DNA of 64,000 nucleotides, taken from the IMG/VR virus record IMGVR_UViG_3300042997_000442; one strand, 5' to 3'. Both the position numbers and the translations under genes were made by a program. This DNA is from an uncultured virus (IMG/VR IMGVR_UViG_3300042997_000442). Taxonomy: Duplodnaviria > Heunggongvirae > Uroviricota > Caudoviricetes. Positions 1 through 9,709 of this stretch are shown one piece after another; the stretch's first letter is position 1; each line of letters starts with the position of its first letter. Below the pieces are notes generated by a model. The model made no database searches, had not been told where the DNA came from, and saw only the letters and a program-made list of their open reading frames with translations.

Positions 1-261
1 TTTACCTGCTAATATATATAATGTATCAGGTAATAAAACAGCCGGTATTAAGCCTCTAACAATTCCTCCTGACGCACCTCCTCCCCCTCCCCCAACATTA
101 CCTACATTCGAAAATCCTGCACCACCGCCTGCACCTCCACCTAAACAGAATATTTCTATAAATTTTGCATTACGAGGTTTACTCCATGTCTGCCAGTTAC
201 CTGTAGCATAGAGTATAGTTGTATTTTGTTGTTGAGAAGGTATGTTTGATAGGTCTAGCAT
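1..261 (-). CDS. Glycine-rich tail/fibre-associated protein, N-terminal part (runs off window start)
   Basis: Read manually: MLDLSNIPSQ...WQTWSKPRNAKFIEIFCLGGGAGGG..., a typical phage glycine-rich domain; open to position 1. Confidence 0.7.
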   Translation of the reverse strand, partial: MLDLSNIPSQQQNTTILYATGNWQTWSKPRNAKFIEIFCLGGGAGGGAGFSNVGNVGGGGGGASGGIVRGLIPAVLLPDTLYILAGK

Positions 262-264
262 ATA

Positions 265-444
265 TTATATTGCCCAAGTTGGTGTTGGAGGATTAGCATC
301 AACAACCTCACTTTCAACAGGAAAGTCAGGATATGTTAATGTGTTACCATCCATATCTGTTATTCTAACTAAATTTCCATTTTCAATTTCTTGGTACGCT
401 TGAAAATCCCATCCAAGAGTAAACTGTATAAGAATATATGTCAT
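265..444 (-). CDS. Small hypothetical virion-region protein (59 aa)
   Basis: Manual translation MTYILIQFTLGWDFQAY...PTPTWAI; fills the gap between co-oriented genes. Confidence 0.55.
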   Translation of the reverse strand: MTYILIQFTLGWDFQAYQEIENGNLVRITDMDGNTLTYPDFPVESEVVDANPPTPTWAI

Positions 445-449
445 AGCTT

Positions 450-863
450 TTAATATTTACCTCCAATTACACTTACATAATATCCTGCTGCAACTGTTGT
501 ACCTAATGTTACATTTAAAACATATCCTGCAGGTAATGCAAAGTTTAATGGTAATTCATAAACAGGTTGAGCTGCTGTTTCATTAATAGTTGTTGCTGCA
601 AGAGTAATTTCGTCATAAAGAATATTATTAGAAGCAGTTGCATTAGTGGAACCATTGTTTATAAAAACTCTGGCTACTGTTCCAGTGTTTGTTCCTGCTG
701 ATCTAAATCTTATTCTTTGAACGAATGCTCCGTCAACGTTTGCTGTAAAACATGTTAGAACTGTTCCTGTTCCATCTTTTGCTGTATTAGCAGTTGTAAT
801 TACTGTTGTTCCCCATTCTACATCTCCTGCTATTGAAAATATTGGTTGTGTATTTGCTGCCAT
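450..863 (-). CDS. Putative tail-fibre-associated virion protein
   Basis: Thr/Ala/Gly-rich, beta-rich 137 aa ORF directly downstream of the tail fibre. Confidence 0.55.
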   Translation of the reverse strand: MAANTQPIFSIAGDVEWGTTVITTANTAKDGTGTVLTCFTANVDGAFVQRIRFRSAGTNTGTVARVFINNGSTNATASNNILYDEITLAATTINETAAQPVYELPLNFALPAGYVLNVTLGTTVAAGYYVSVIGGKY

Positions 864-875
864 TATTATTTATTT

Positions 876-3800
876 TTAAAATATATTTTGTAATCCTTGT
901 GTCATTGCTTGAACTAATCCTAAATTTGGAGGAGTGTATCCTAATATTGTTGGTATTGATGCTGTCTTCCATTGCGATGGTGAAACCGTATTGTCATACC
1001 ACAACGTGTCTTTTAAACTAGGTGTTTGCGCTTGTACGTTATGAAGTTCATCTAGTTCATACCCGTTTTGTACTCTTACGTACATTCTACCTGCTGAACC
1101 TGGACTCGCTGTTGTTACAAATCCAAGATAAACTAAGTGATTAGGCGCGTGAGGTTTAATATTTGTTATACTTCCTGCCGTTGCTCCAAGATACACAGGA
1201 TCTCCATCAGCAAAAGTTGAAGTTGGAAGAATACTTAATCCATCCAACAAACCTTGCATCATTATTAATCCTTTTTGATTTGCCGCAATAGAAGTAGACA
1301 ACACTAATCCAACTGTTTGAGCGGAAGTTGCATCTGCTGAATTATTCGCTCTTTTAACAGTCATTCTATCGCCTGTACCACCAAAAGCATATACAGGCAT
1401 ACCTTTTGTTAAGGTAACTGAATCATCATTTGTAACATAAGCAAATAAACTGTTTGGAGCAGTTCCAATAACTTGAAATCTATTGGTAGTTGAATTATAT
1501 ACACAAAGCATCTCGCCATCATCAATAATATCCCCACCAATTAAAACTCCATCATTATTTCTATATAATGGTATAGCTCCTAATGAATTTATATTTAACG
1601 TAGCACTTGTAGTGTTGCCGTTGGTAAATCTAATCAAGTAGGCATCAGCATCGTTATACGCAGTAACTCCTGAAACTGTTGCGGTATATGTATCGGTTCC
1701 CGATGCAGTAGCGTGAGGTATTCCACTTGTAGTTGGTATGTCAGAAACTAAAGCTATTGTACCTGAAGCATTCGGTAAATTATATTGTCTACTACTGTTT
1801 AGTAAAGAAGTACTTAATCTAGCATTATTGCCACTATTAGCAAAAACTAATTGACCATTTTCAGTAGCAGATGCACCACTTCCAAATAAATATACATCAT
1901 TATATGTGTTTGCAAATCCTGAACTAATACCTAAAGCAATAACCCTTTCCCCACTATTATTTATACCACTATATTGCCCTATAAAATTACAATTAGAACC
2001 TGAATTATTTTTACCAGCTTCATAACCAAAAGCATTTATATGGGTACCTGTGTTAAAAGAACCTGCAAATGTTCCCTGTAAATTTATACTATCAACTAAA
2101 TCGTGGTTGTTGTCTAAAACTTCTTGAAGTGTTGGAGTAGTAATGTCAGAAAGTAAAGCTATCGTGCCACTTGCGTTTTGTAGTGTTTGAGTATTTGTAG
2201 CTGTAATAGTAGCAGGTGCTTTTAAATAAAGACTACTACCACCGACATCTGAAAATGCAATATCATTACTTGTAGATATTGATATTTGCCTATTTGTAAT
2301 ATTATTGAAAAGAGAAATATAGCCATTTGATAAAATTACCGAATTAGGCGATAATCCACTCTGAAGATATATTGCATCTGTAGTAGTATTACCTGCAGTT
2401 GTAACTTGCTGTAGTGTTGGAGTAGCTACACTTGGAAATGTAGCCAATGTACCATCTCCTCTGATATATTGAGATATTGTACCTGTTGGATAAGGATAAT
2501 ATGATGTAGTATCTAATGCAAATGTTCCTGCAGCAGTCATCTTTACAAATGGCATACCTGTAGTCCATGTAGGATAATTCAATGCTCCCCATGTACCTAT
2601 ATTAGAAGTTAAAGCTATAGTACCTGAAGCATTAGGTAATTGCCAAGTCCGAAATCCTGTTAATAAATCCGATCTTAAATTTCCATAACCACCCGAATTT
2701 TGGAATAATATACTTGCATCATGCATAACGTTAGTATATATATCTGTCCCATTACCCACGAACAACCCGGCGTAAGGTATATACTGGAAATTGTTAATTC
2801 CATCGGAAGAATCAGAAATATATACCCCGTAACCGTCTGAGTTAAAATTACCTGACGTTATACCAGCTACCTCTATTACATTAGAAGTTGTATTTCCAAT
2901 ATCAGTAACTTGTTGTAAATTTGGAGTAGTTGGTATCGTTGGACTATTAATCCACTGTGTACCTGTGGAAGTAGCACTAAGTATTTTACCTGCTGTCCCT
3001 GCTGAATTAGTCTCATCGTAGTAGAATCCTCTATTTCTAACGTTCCCATTAACATCTAAAGCTTCTGTTGGTGTTGTGGTTCTTATTCCTAATCTCCTAT
3101 CATAAGTATCAAACCTTGCGGTTTCTGTTCCTGATGTTAAACGATCTCCATCACTAAATGTGATATTACCGTGCGATGATATATTACCACTAGCAAAATA
3201 ATCAACATTTCTACCTCCTCTTGTTATGCTTCCTAAATTACCACCACCAGTATATATAATAGCATTACTCAATTGAAGTACGTTAGCATATAAAAAATTT
3301 GAAATATTTGCATTACCATTAACACTTAAACGATAAGATGCATTAGGTGATGTGTTAATACCAACGTTCGAACCATCATCTCTAATAACACCTGTCCCCA
3401 TAGTAGTAGGACTTGTCCATCTTCCAACATAATTAGCAAGACCTATACCTGTAATACCTGTGTTAGGAGCAGAAGAAGGAATATAAGTTGTTCCGTTCCA
3501 TGAGTAAAAAAATCCTGTGTCAAGTGCGATATATATTGTTCCTATAACTCCTGTAACAGGAAACGCTGCTAAGTTTGTATACTCAACTACATTATCTTGT
3601 GTTAGATATGTGTTTGTATCTAACGCAAATGTACCAGCGGCAGTCATCTTTACAAAAGGTGTGCCGGTTGTCCAAGTTGGATAGTTTAATGCTCCCCATG
3701 TACCAACTGTTGGTATTGAAACAGTCGCGCTATATAACGCTATACTATAAACATTTAAATGTTGTAAATTTCCATTTCCACCTATATAGGTTACGTTTAA

Positions 3801-4217
3801 GTTGTAGAAATTAGTTTCACTTAAATCTTGTGTAACTGAGTTTAATTTAAAATGACCGAATATATCAGAATTGGAAGTATCTGATATTAATATCTCGTCA
3901 CCTGATAAGTAATTTATAAAGTCTATACAATAATTACCACCACCACTATTCTTGTGAATCTTGAAAGATGTTACTGCAGAAAAATTAGGATTTACTGCAG
4001 GTGTAGTTATTGACTCTTCTGGTCTACCACTAGGAAATGTGCTATAGTATTTAAAAGACATTTGACCTGATACTCCAATTGAATTTGATATATTGAAGAA
4101 ATCAGCTAAATACTGTGGCGTAAAGTTTTTAGTATACTGTGTGTTAAAATCAGTACCTATCCACTTATCGTTTGCAGTTATATTTGGATCTATTCCGTAG
4201 GTACTAATTCTAGCCAT
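876..4217 (-). CDS. Tail fibre protein
   Basis: 1113 aa, Thr/Gly/Ser-rich, with repeated TPxLQxV and (L/Q)xNASGTIAL motifs and NVGINT/LGIRTTTP fibre-type motifs; N-terminus shared with 9710..11074. Confidence 0.8.
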   Translation of the reverse strand: MARISTYGIDPNITANDKWIGTDFNTQYTKNFTPQYLADFFNISNSIGVSGQMSFKYYSTFPSGRPEESITTPAVNPNFSAVTSFKIHKNSGGGNYCIDFINYLSGDEILISDTSNSDIFGHFKLNSVTQDLSETNFYNLNVTYIGGNGNLQHLNVYSIALYSATVSIPTVGTWGALNYPTWTTGTPFVKMTAAGTFALDTNTYLTQDNVVEYTNLAAFPVTGVIGTIYIALDTGFFYSWNGTTYIPSSAPNTGITGIGLANYVGRWTSPTTMGTGVIRDDGSNVGINTSPNASYRLSVNGNANISNFLYANVLQLSNAIIYTGGGNLGSITRGGRNVDYFASGNISSHGNITFSDGDRLTSGTETARFDTYDRRLGIRTTTPTEALDVNGNVRNRGFYYDETNSAGTAGKILSATSTGTQWINSPTIPTTPNLQQVTDIGNTTSNVIEVAGITSGNFNSDGYGVYISDSSDGINNFQYIPYAGLFVGNGTDIYTNVMHDASILFQNSGGYGNLRSDLLTGFRTWQLPNASGTIALTSNIGTWGALNYPTWTTGMPFVKMTAAGTFALDTTSYYPYPTGTISQYIRGDGTLATFPSVATPTLQQVTTAGNTTTDAIYLQSGLSPNSVILSNGYISLFNNITNRQISISTSNDIAFSDVGGSSLYLKAPATITATNTQTLQNASGTIALLSDITTPTLQEVLDNNHDLVDSINLQGTFAGSFNTGTHINAFGYEAGKNNSGSNCNFIGQYSGINNSGERVIALGISSGFANTYNDVYLFGSGASATENGQLVFANSGNNARLSTSLLNSSRQYNLPNASGTIALVSDIPTTSGIPHATASGTDTYTATVSGVTAYNDADAYLIRFTNGNTTSATLNINSLGAIPLYRNNDGVLIGGDIIDDGEMLCVYNSTTNRFQVIGTAPNSLFAYVTNDDSVTLTKGMPVYAFGGTGDRMTVKRANNSADATSAQTVGLVLSTSIAANQKGLIMMQGLLDGLSILPTSTFADGDPVYLGATAGSITNIKPHAPNHLVYLGFVTTASPGSAGRMYVRVQNGYELDELHNVQAQTPSLKDTLWYDNTVSPSQWKTASIPTILGYTPPNLGLVQAMTQGLQNIF
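2509..3704. repeat. Two copies of an ~89 bp intragenic repeat (2509-2597 and 3616-3704)
   Basis: Both encode GTWGALNYPTWTTG(T/M)PFVKMTAAGTFALDT; differences are almost all synonymous. Confidence 0.9.
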
Positions 4218-4220
4218 GTA

Positions 4221-4451
4221 TTATTTTTTATTTTTCTTTTTTATATTTTTAACAGGTATCTCTAAAACCATAGGTGTTTTGAAAGTATAAGACTTACCTG
4301 GTTTCATTAATTTAGATTTACCTTTTAAATCAATACCTAGAACATCAAAAGCTACGTTTTTCATAGTTATTTTTGAACTAGGTATGATATTGTAAGGTCT
4401 ATCTTTATCAGGACTATTTCTTTTATAACCCTTTGTTGATAGATTTTTCAT
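4221..4451 (-). CDS. Small basic hypothetical protein
   Basis: 76 aa ORF in tightly packed late operon. Confidence 0.6.
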   Translation of the reverse strand: MKNLSTKGYKRNSPDKDRPYNIIPSSKITMKNVAFDVLGIDLKGKSKLMKPGKSYTFKTPMVLEIPVKNIKKKNKK

Positions 4452-5399
4452 TTAGCATTTTTTCATTTTAGCAACAGTTCTTCTTTTTTCACCTATTTGT
4501 TCCATTGTTGCTTTTCCTGCGGCTTTAATTCTTGCGTGATCAGCAGGCGTCATTTTACTAAGTCTTTCTTGGTGTATTTTTTGTTCCTGTGGAGTGCGAC
4601 CATATTTGTCAAGCTTAGACATGTCTCCATCAGTCTTAGTGCCAGGAGGTAAACTTTCTTGTTTTTTAGTAGGTACAGTTTTAATCATTTCTCTACGAAT
4701 CGAATCTCTAGTTCCAGCTGTTGAACCTAAAGTTTTTTTCGTTGGTTTTGTTTGTAGAAGTGGAGATTTTTTAACTAGTTTTTTAACTGGTTTTTTAGTT
4801 GGTGTTTTAGCAGGTGTTTTAGTACCTCCACCTATTTCAGACTCTTGCATTCCACCGTATGTTTCTGCTATTACTTTTCTGTTTCTAAGACCCTGCAATC
4901 TGATTTCTTTGTCTTCTCTGTCGTTAATACTATCTTTTATAAAAGCTCTACGTAGTGACTCATTATTATAATCTTTATACTTCGGGTTTAGATAATCTTT
5001 ACTAGCGCGTTTTACGTCATTACTACTATTGCTAGAACTTGCCTTAGCTACCATTTTCCCTGTTTTAGCATCAAGAACACGGTCGTATGTTCCACCTTTA
5101 GCATATTTGTTTCCAAAATCTGCAATTTTATCTTCGCCTGTACGATAATTTACGCTTGCTCCACCATGTGATCCTGTTCCTTTCGCAACTAGTTTTTTAT
5201 TTAGATCTATTGTCTTTTTTGAATACCCTTTTGCGTTTTCAGTATTTATTTTAACTTGATTTTGTGCAACTCTTCTGTCTTTAGCCGCCCCGTATTCTTT
5301 TTTATAATCTTCATTGGCCTTGGAATCGCGCTTACTTTGAGTTTGCTTTAAAGGAGACGAACCTGCTCCGAACATGTGTTTTGCTGTAAATGGTTTCAT
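4452..5399 (-). CDS. Lys-rich protein with SPLxQ motifs
   Basis: SSPLKQ near N-terminus and internal KSPLLQ. Confidence 0.6.
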   Translation of the reverse strand: MKPFTAKHMFGAGSSPLKQTQSKRDSKANEDYKKEYGAAKDRRVAQNQVKINTENAKGYSKKTIDLNKKLVAKGTGSHGGASVNYRTGEDKIADFGNKYAKGGTYDRVLDAKTGKMVAKASSSNSSNDVKRASKDYLNPKYKDYNNESLRRAFIKDSINDREDKEIRLQGLRNRKVIAETYGGMQESEIGGGTKTPAKTPTKKPVKKLVKKSPLLQTKPTKKTLGSTAGTRDSIRREMIKTVPTKKQESLPPGTKTDGDMSKLDKYGRTPQEQKIHQERLSKMTPADHARIKAAGKATMEQIGEKRRTVAKMKKC

Positions 5400-5405
5400 A
5401 ATTTT

Positions 5406-5891
5406 TTATTTTGTTTTTTTAGTTGTTGTCGATGTTTTTCTAAAAGGAGATTTATTCACAAGAGCAGTAGGACTCTTTGGATAAAAAGATTTCTGTAATG
5501 AATTCATAACTGTTCCGGTTATTGAATTATTTTTTGGAGTATTACCAATACCAAGATTGTTAGTTGACGAAGTAATACCCGGTATCATGTTTCCAGCAAA
5601 TTTTAATGGAGATTTTTTATCTTTCTTATATTCTTTGTTCTTATGAGTTTTGCTTTCTGATTTTTCATGTTTAATCATTGCTTTTTTAGAAGCATAAGTT
5701 TCGCCAGTTTTCTTCTCTTTAATCTTTCTTATAGGACTAGGCATATCACTAAGTTGAGGTTTGTGTTTTGGTTTTGGACCAACTTCTTCTCTTATAAATG
5801 CTTGTCTTTTTTTCTCACTAAGTGGTTTAGTGTTGAATATATTTCTATCACTAGAAGTTAAAATAGATTTTTTCTTTTTAGGATCTGGCAT
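5406..5891 (-). CDS. Lys-rich protein with several SPxK-like motifs
   Basis: PSPIRK, KSPLKF, KSPTAL, KSPFRK. Confidence 0.6.
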   Translation of the reverse strand: MPDPKKKKSILTSSDRNIFNTKPLSEKKRQAFIREEVGPKPKHKPQLSDMPSPIRKIKEKKTGETYASKKAMIKHEKSESKTHKNKEYKKDKKSPLKFAGNMIPGITSSTNNLGIGNTPKNNSITGTVMNSLQKSFYPKSPTALVNKSPFRKTSTTTKKTK

Positions 5892-5903
5892 TGTTTTTTT
5901 TAT

Positions 5904-6269
5904 TTAGTTTTTATTATTTACCCTTGTATATATTAACACGCCTGGATAGTCGCTATTAACGTCTAAAGCCATAGTGTTTTTGTTTATAATAGTAAACGTC
6001 GATGTTGATTCAAAGTTTAGTTCTTCAAATACAGTCTTTAAATAAAACGTGTTACCTATTATCTTGTGTTCTAAAATAGTCAAAGGTTCACCTGAATAAG
6101 ATGAAACCTCTTTTATTATTAATTCATTATTGTCTGAAACATTAAACCATATCTCAGTACCTTCTCCATTAGAAGTCCATTGTCCCTTTAAAAACTGATT
6201 ACTCATTTTTTGAGCATTAGCAAAAGAGAACATCAAAAACAAACCTGATAATAAAAATAATTTTTTCAT
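5904..6269 (-). CDS. Putative secreted/periplasmic beta-rich protein
   Basis: Signal peptide MKKLFLLSGLFLMFSFANA followed by Q (Bacteroidota-type), then a lipocalin-like LKGQW motif. Confidence 0.65.
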   Translation of the reverse strand: MKKLFLLSGLFLMFSFANAQKMSNQFLKGQWTSNGEGTEIWFNVSDNNELIIKEVSSYSGEPLTILEHKIIGNTFYLKTVFEELNFESTSTFTIINKNTMALDVNSDYPGVLIYTRVNNKN

Positions 6270-6311
6270 AATAAAATAGATTAGATTAGAATTAATTTAG
6301 TTATATGCGTG

Positions 6312-6512
6312 TTATATATTATTTTTTGCCTTTTGTGTTATAGGACCTTTAGCGTATTTAGGTTGTTCACGAACAAGACTAATTTTGTTTAAAACATAAT
6401 TTGTATTTGCTTGTTTACCTGTGAACATTTGGTTCATTGGTTTTTGACCAGACTTATTACTTTGTATGCCAGATTTCTCAGCAGTTGGTTCTACCATTTT
6501 TTTCATTGCCAT
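6312..6512 (-). CDS. Small basic hypothetical protein
   Basis: 66 aa, co-oriented with neighbours. Confidence 0.55.
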   Translation of the reverse strand: MAMKKMVEPTAEKSGIQSNKSGQKPMNQMFTGKQANTNYVLNKISLVREQPKYAKGPITQKAKNNI

Positions 6513-6574
6513 GTCTTTGATTTATTATTTGTTATATTACATATTATCTTAATGGTATTAAGACGTTATGATTC

Positions 6575-7000
6575 TTATTTGTCAATTTTACGTAGTTTCC
6601 TTTCTTCTGCTTGTCTAGCTTTAACTCTTTCTATTTTTTTAGTATTACCAGTTTTCTCTACTTTGGCTAACCTTTTTTCTTGTCTTTCCTTTACTCTTTG
6701 TTTTGCTCTTTCAGTATCTGGAGTTAGAATAACTTTTGCCAATGTCTCAAATGGATTGTAGTACCCAGTTTTAGGATCTTCACCTGTTTTGAGACTTGTA
6801 GGATTATATTCTGAACTAGTGTCAGTAGCAATAGTAGATGTTGTTTTTCTAGGTTCTTCTTCTGTTATACTTTCAACCATTTTAGTAGTCGCCGTTTGTT
6901 TCGTATTATTTGCAGAGGTTTCTGGTCCACCAACTTTCAACGGTGATCTCAATGATGATGGTTTCATTTTATAACCCATTGATTTAAATCTAAATGCCAT
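6575..7000 (-). CDS. Basic protein with RSPLK motif
   Basis: 141 aa; N-terminal MAFRFKS...RSPLKV. Confidence 0.6.
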   Translation of the reverse strand: MAFRFKSMGYKMKPSSLRSPLKVGGPETSANNTKQTATTKMVESITEEEPRKTTSTIATDTSSEYNPTSLKTGEDPKTGYYNPFETLAKVILTPDTERAKQRVKERQEKRLAKVEKTGNTKKIERVKARQAEERKLRKIDK

Positions 7001-7001
7001 A

Positions 7002-7403
7002 TTATTGTTTTTTATTTTGTTTACTATAAGCTTCTTTTTCCCATGGAAGGTTTTTATCTCCTTCTTTCATTTTTGATCTAAGGTATTTTTTATCTTTCCA
7101 AAACACATGTTTATCATCATAATTAAGATCACCTCTGTTCATTTGTTTTAAGTGAACTTTTTCATGGTTAACAGCTATTTTTAATTCTCTACCTTTTAAA
7201 CTTTTGTCAACAAGTATTGTACCATCGTTGTTAGCTTCGGCATTTATACCTTTTGGTAAATTAACTTTTTTTATAGGTGTTTTATCTAGATTAGTAGATT
7301 TTTTCTTTAAAGGAGACGTTCTTACAGTATTACTTGTTTTAGGTTCGTAGTTTATAGCACTACAATCTAAACTATGTTTATTCATGAAATTTTTATAACC
7401 CAT
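7002..7403 (-). CDS. Putative zincin-like metallopeptidase
   Basis: HEKVH (HExxH) plus downstream PWEKEAY; also TSPLKK motif. Confidence 0.6.
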   Translation of the reverse strand: MGYKNFMNKHSLDCSAINYEPKTSNTVRTSPLKKKSTNLDKTPIKKVNLPKGINAEANNDGTILVDKSLKGRELKIAVNHEKVHLKQMNRGDLNYDDKHVFWKDKKYLRSKMKEGDKNLPWEKEAYSKQNKKQ

Positions 7404-7854
7404 TTCCCCAACGTGTTTTATCTTTATTGAAATTTTTAATAGAAGTTGCTAAAACTCTATCTGTATAAGATTTTCTTTTGAAAATACTACTACTACTTTT
7501 TGTTTCAGGTATATCTTCTTCACCTAACATCATTTTATATACTCTCGTTACTAAATGAGAACATTTAAACGATGTCTTATATATGTTATGTTTTATAGTT
7601 GTTCTATTGAATTCTCTCCAAACAACTATCCAACCTTCTCTTAAAAGTCTATCCCATCTATGTTTGTCCCAACTACAAGTTAGTTTACCTTCCATGTAGT
7701 CTTTTTTAGTAAAATGACCTATAGAATCGAAGAATATGAGAAGTTCTAGATCAGCATCGTTTATTTCGTTTGTTCTACATGCCCATTTTCTTATCAAACG
7801 GTAATGCTTTAACAAACCAATACTTTTAAGATCTTTGACTTCTATCTTCCTCAT
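7393..7854 (-). CDS. Putative winged-helix DNA-binding protein
   Basis: DADLELLIFF...RLLREGWI...YKTSFK pattern resembles MarR-like wHTH. Confidence 0.4.
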   Translation of the reverse strand: MRKIEVKDLKSIGLLKHYRLIRKWACRTNEINDADLELLIFFDSIGHFTKKDYMEGKLTCSWDKHRWDRLLREGWIVVWREFNRTTIKHNIYKTSFKCSHLVTRVYKMMLGEEDIPETKSSSSIFKRKSYTDRVLATSIKNFNKDKTRWGNGL

Positions 7855-8135
7855 TATTCTAATACAACAATAACGTCGGATTCTTTTATTACTAGGTATA
7901 TTACATCATCTACTTCTAAATTAAAGCCAGAAAATCTGTCGTACATTATTTCATCACCTTGCTTTACGACTTGTGTATTTATGCCGGCATTTTTAACAGT
8001 AGCTTTTCTACCTCTAATATCTTCTCTATGTTTCTCAGCTAATAGTAAACCTCCTTCAGATTCTTTTATGTTCTCTTTGTGTGGTTCAATTACTATGTAA
8101 TTATGAAGCAATGTTTTTATTCTATTTGATTCCAT
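7854..8135 (-). CDS. groES: Co-chaperonin GroES (Cpn10)
   Basis: LHNYIVIEP, ESEGGLLL mobile loop, VKQGDEIMY, IKESDVI; adjacent to groEL. Confidence 0.85.
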   Translation of the reverse strand: MESNRIKTLLHNYIVIEPHKENIKESEGGLLLAEKHREDIRGRKATVKNAGINTQVVKQGDEIMYDRFSGFNLEVDDVIYLVIKESDVIVVLE

Positions 8136-9682
8136 TATTGTCTAACGTTATTAATTACACAATCAGTTGATAATATTGTTACTGCTACTGAAAAAGCATT
8201 GATCAAAGCACTTTTAGTAACAAGTACTGGATCTATAATTCCAGTCTTTATCATATCTACTTCTTCAGCAGTAACGACATTTATACCATTATTACCATCA
8301 AACTTACCATACGTACCTGTAAGACCAGCGTTGTTTAATATAGTCTGAAAAGGGTATTTAAGAGCTTTAGCAATAATTCTCTCGCCATCGTTATCTTGAG
8401 GTAACATGAAAGAGAAATTGTAAAGAGCGATTCCTCCGCCTGGGACGATACCTTCTTTAATAGCTGCTTTAGTTGCGTGAATGGCATCATCTACTCTATC
8501 TTTTTTCTCTTTTAATTCAACCTCTGAATTTGCACCAACTCTAACGATGCCTACGTTACACGATAACATAGCTAATCTGCGTTCTAAGCGGTTTTTTCTA
8601 CCGTTATTGGTTTCTTTACTTATTTGTTCTTTTACGTTCTCTAATTGATCTAAAACAGCTTCTCTTTTTGAATCTACCGTTAATATTGTTGAGGTATTAT
8701 CTGTAACAGCTTTAATACACTCACCTAAATGTTCAGGAGTAATTAAATCGATGTCATCTCCAAGATCTTCGTTGATTATAGTTGCACCTGTCAAAGCAGC
8801 AAGATCACTTAATTGCTCTCTACGCATGATTCCGTAATCTGGAGCGTCTATAACATTAACCTTTATATTACCTTTGATCTTGTTCATTGCCAATGCTGAT
8901 AATACTTGTGTTTCAACATCACCTATGATCAATATAGATCTATTATTCTTAATAGCATATTCTAATACGTTTTGTATTTTTCTGATATTAGGAATATTAG
9001 ATTCAACTAATAGTACTAATGGGTTTTCTAGTATACATTGTTGTCTTTCTAGATTTGTAATAAAGTGAGGTGTTTTAACTCCTTTATCTAACTGTACTCC
9101 ATCTACGACTTCTATTGTTGTTTCCGATGTTTCTGATGTTTCCATCATAACCACACCATTCTTACCAACCTTTCTAAACGCTTCTCCTATCAAAGAACCT
9201 AATTCAAAATCATTATTAGAAGATATAATTGCAACTTGATCAATCATGTCGCCTTCTACTGGTATTGCTATTTTGTTTAAATACTCAACCGCTTTATCTA
9301 TAGATTTACGCATTGAATCTTTTATAGTTCTAGTAGACTCATCAGATTTCTTTTGAGATTCTTTCAGTATAGCGTGAGCTAACACGGTTGCTGTAGTTGT
9401 ACCATCACCTGCTTCTAAAACAGTTTTTCTAGCCGCTTCTTTAATTAGTGTTGCGCCTAAGTTTTGTAGTGGATTTTCTAATACTATAGAATTTGCTACG
9501 GTCACACCATCTTTTGTAATGATTGGCGAACCGTAGTCATTTTCTAATATAACACACTTACCACTTGCTCCTAATGTAGAACTAACAGCTTTAGTAAGCT
9601 TTTCTATTCCACTAAATACTTTTTCTCTAGCGTCTTCTCCAAAAGACAAATCTTTAACAATTTCTTGTCCGTTATAATTCAT
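8135..9682 (-). CDS. groEL: Chaperonin GroEL (Cpn60)
   Basis: ITKDGVTVA, AGDGTTTATVLA, EKKDRVDDAIHATKAA, GIVPGGG, GIIDP. Confidence 0.97.
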   Translation of the reverse strand: MNYNGQEIVKDLSFGEDAREKVFSGIEKLTKAVSSTLGASGKCVILENDYGSPIITKDGVTVANSIVLENPLQNLGATLIKEAARKTVLEAGDGTTTATVLAHAILKESQKKSDESTRTIKDSMRKSIDKAVEYLNKIAIPVEGDMIDQVAIISSNNDFELGSLIGEAFRKVGKNGVVMMETSETSETTIEVVDGVQLDKGVKTPHFITNLERQQCILENPLVLLVESNIPNIRKIQNVLEYAIKNNRSILIIGDVETQVLSALAMNKIKGNIKVNVIDAPDYGIMRREQLSDLAALTGATIINEDLGDDIDLITPEHLGECIKAVTDNTSTILTVDSKREAVLDQLENVKEQISKETNNGRKNRLERRLAMLSCNVGIVRVGANSEVELKEKKDRVDDAIHATKAAIKEGIVPGGGIALYNFSFMLPQDNDGERIIAKALKYPFQTILNNAGLTGTYGKFDGNNGINVVTAEEVDMIKTGIIDPVLVTKSALINAFSVAVTILSTDCVINNVRQ

Positions 9683-9709
9683 TTTATTTAATTTTAGTTA
9701 ATTTTTATT

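Noticed and set aside
2509..3704. Tail-fibre repeat pair as a DGR template/variable repeat
   Set aside because: Both copies are in-frame coding, differences are mostly synonymous rather than adenine-specific, and no reverse transcriptase is present
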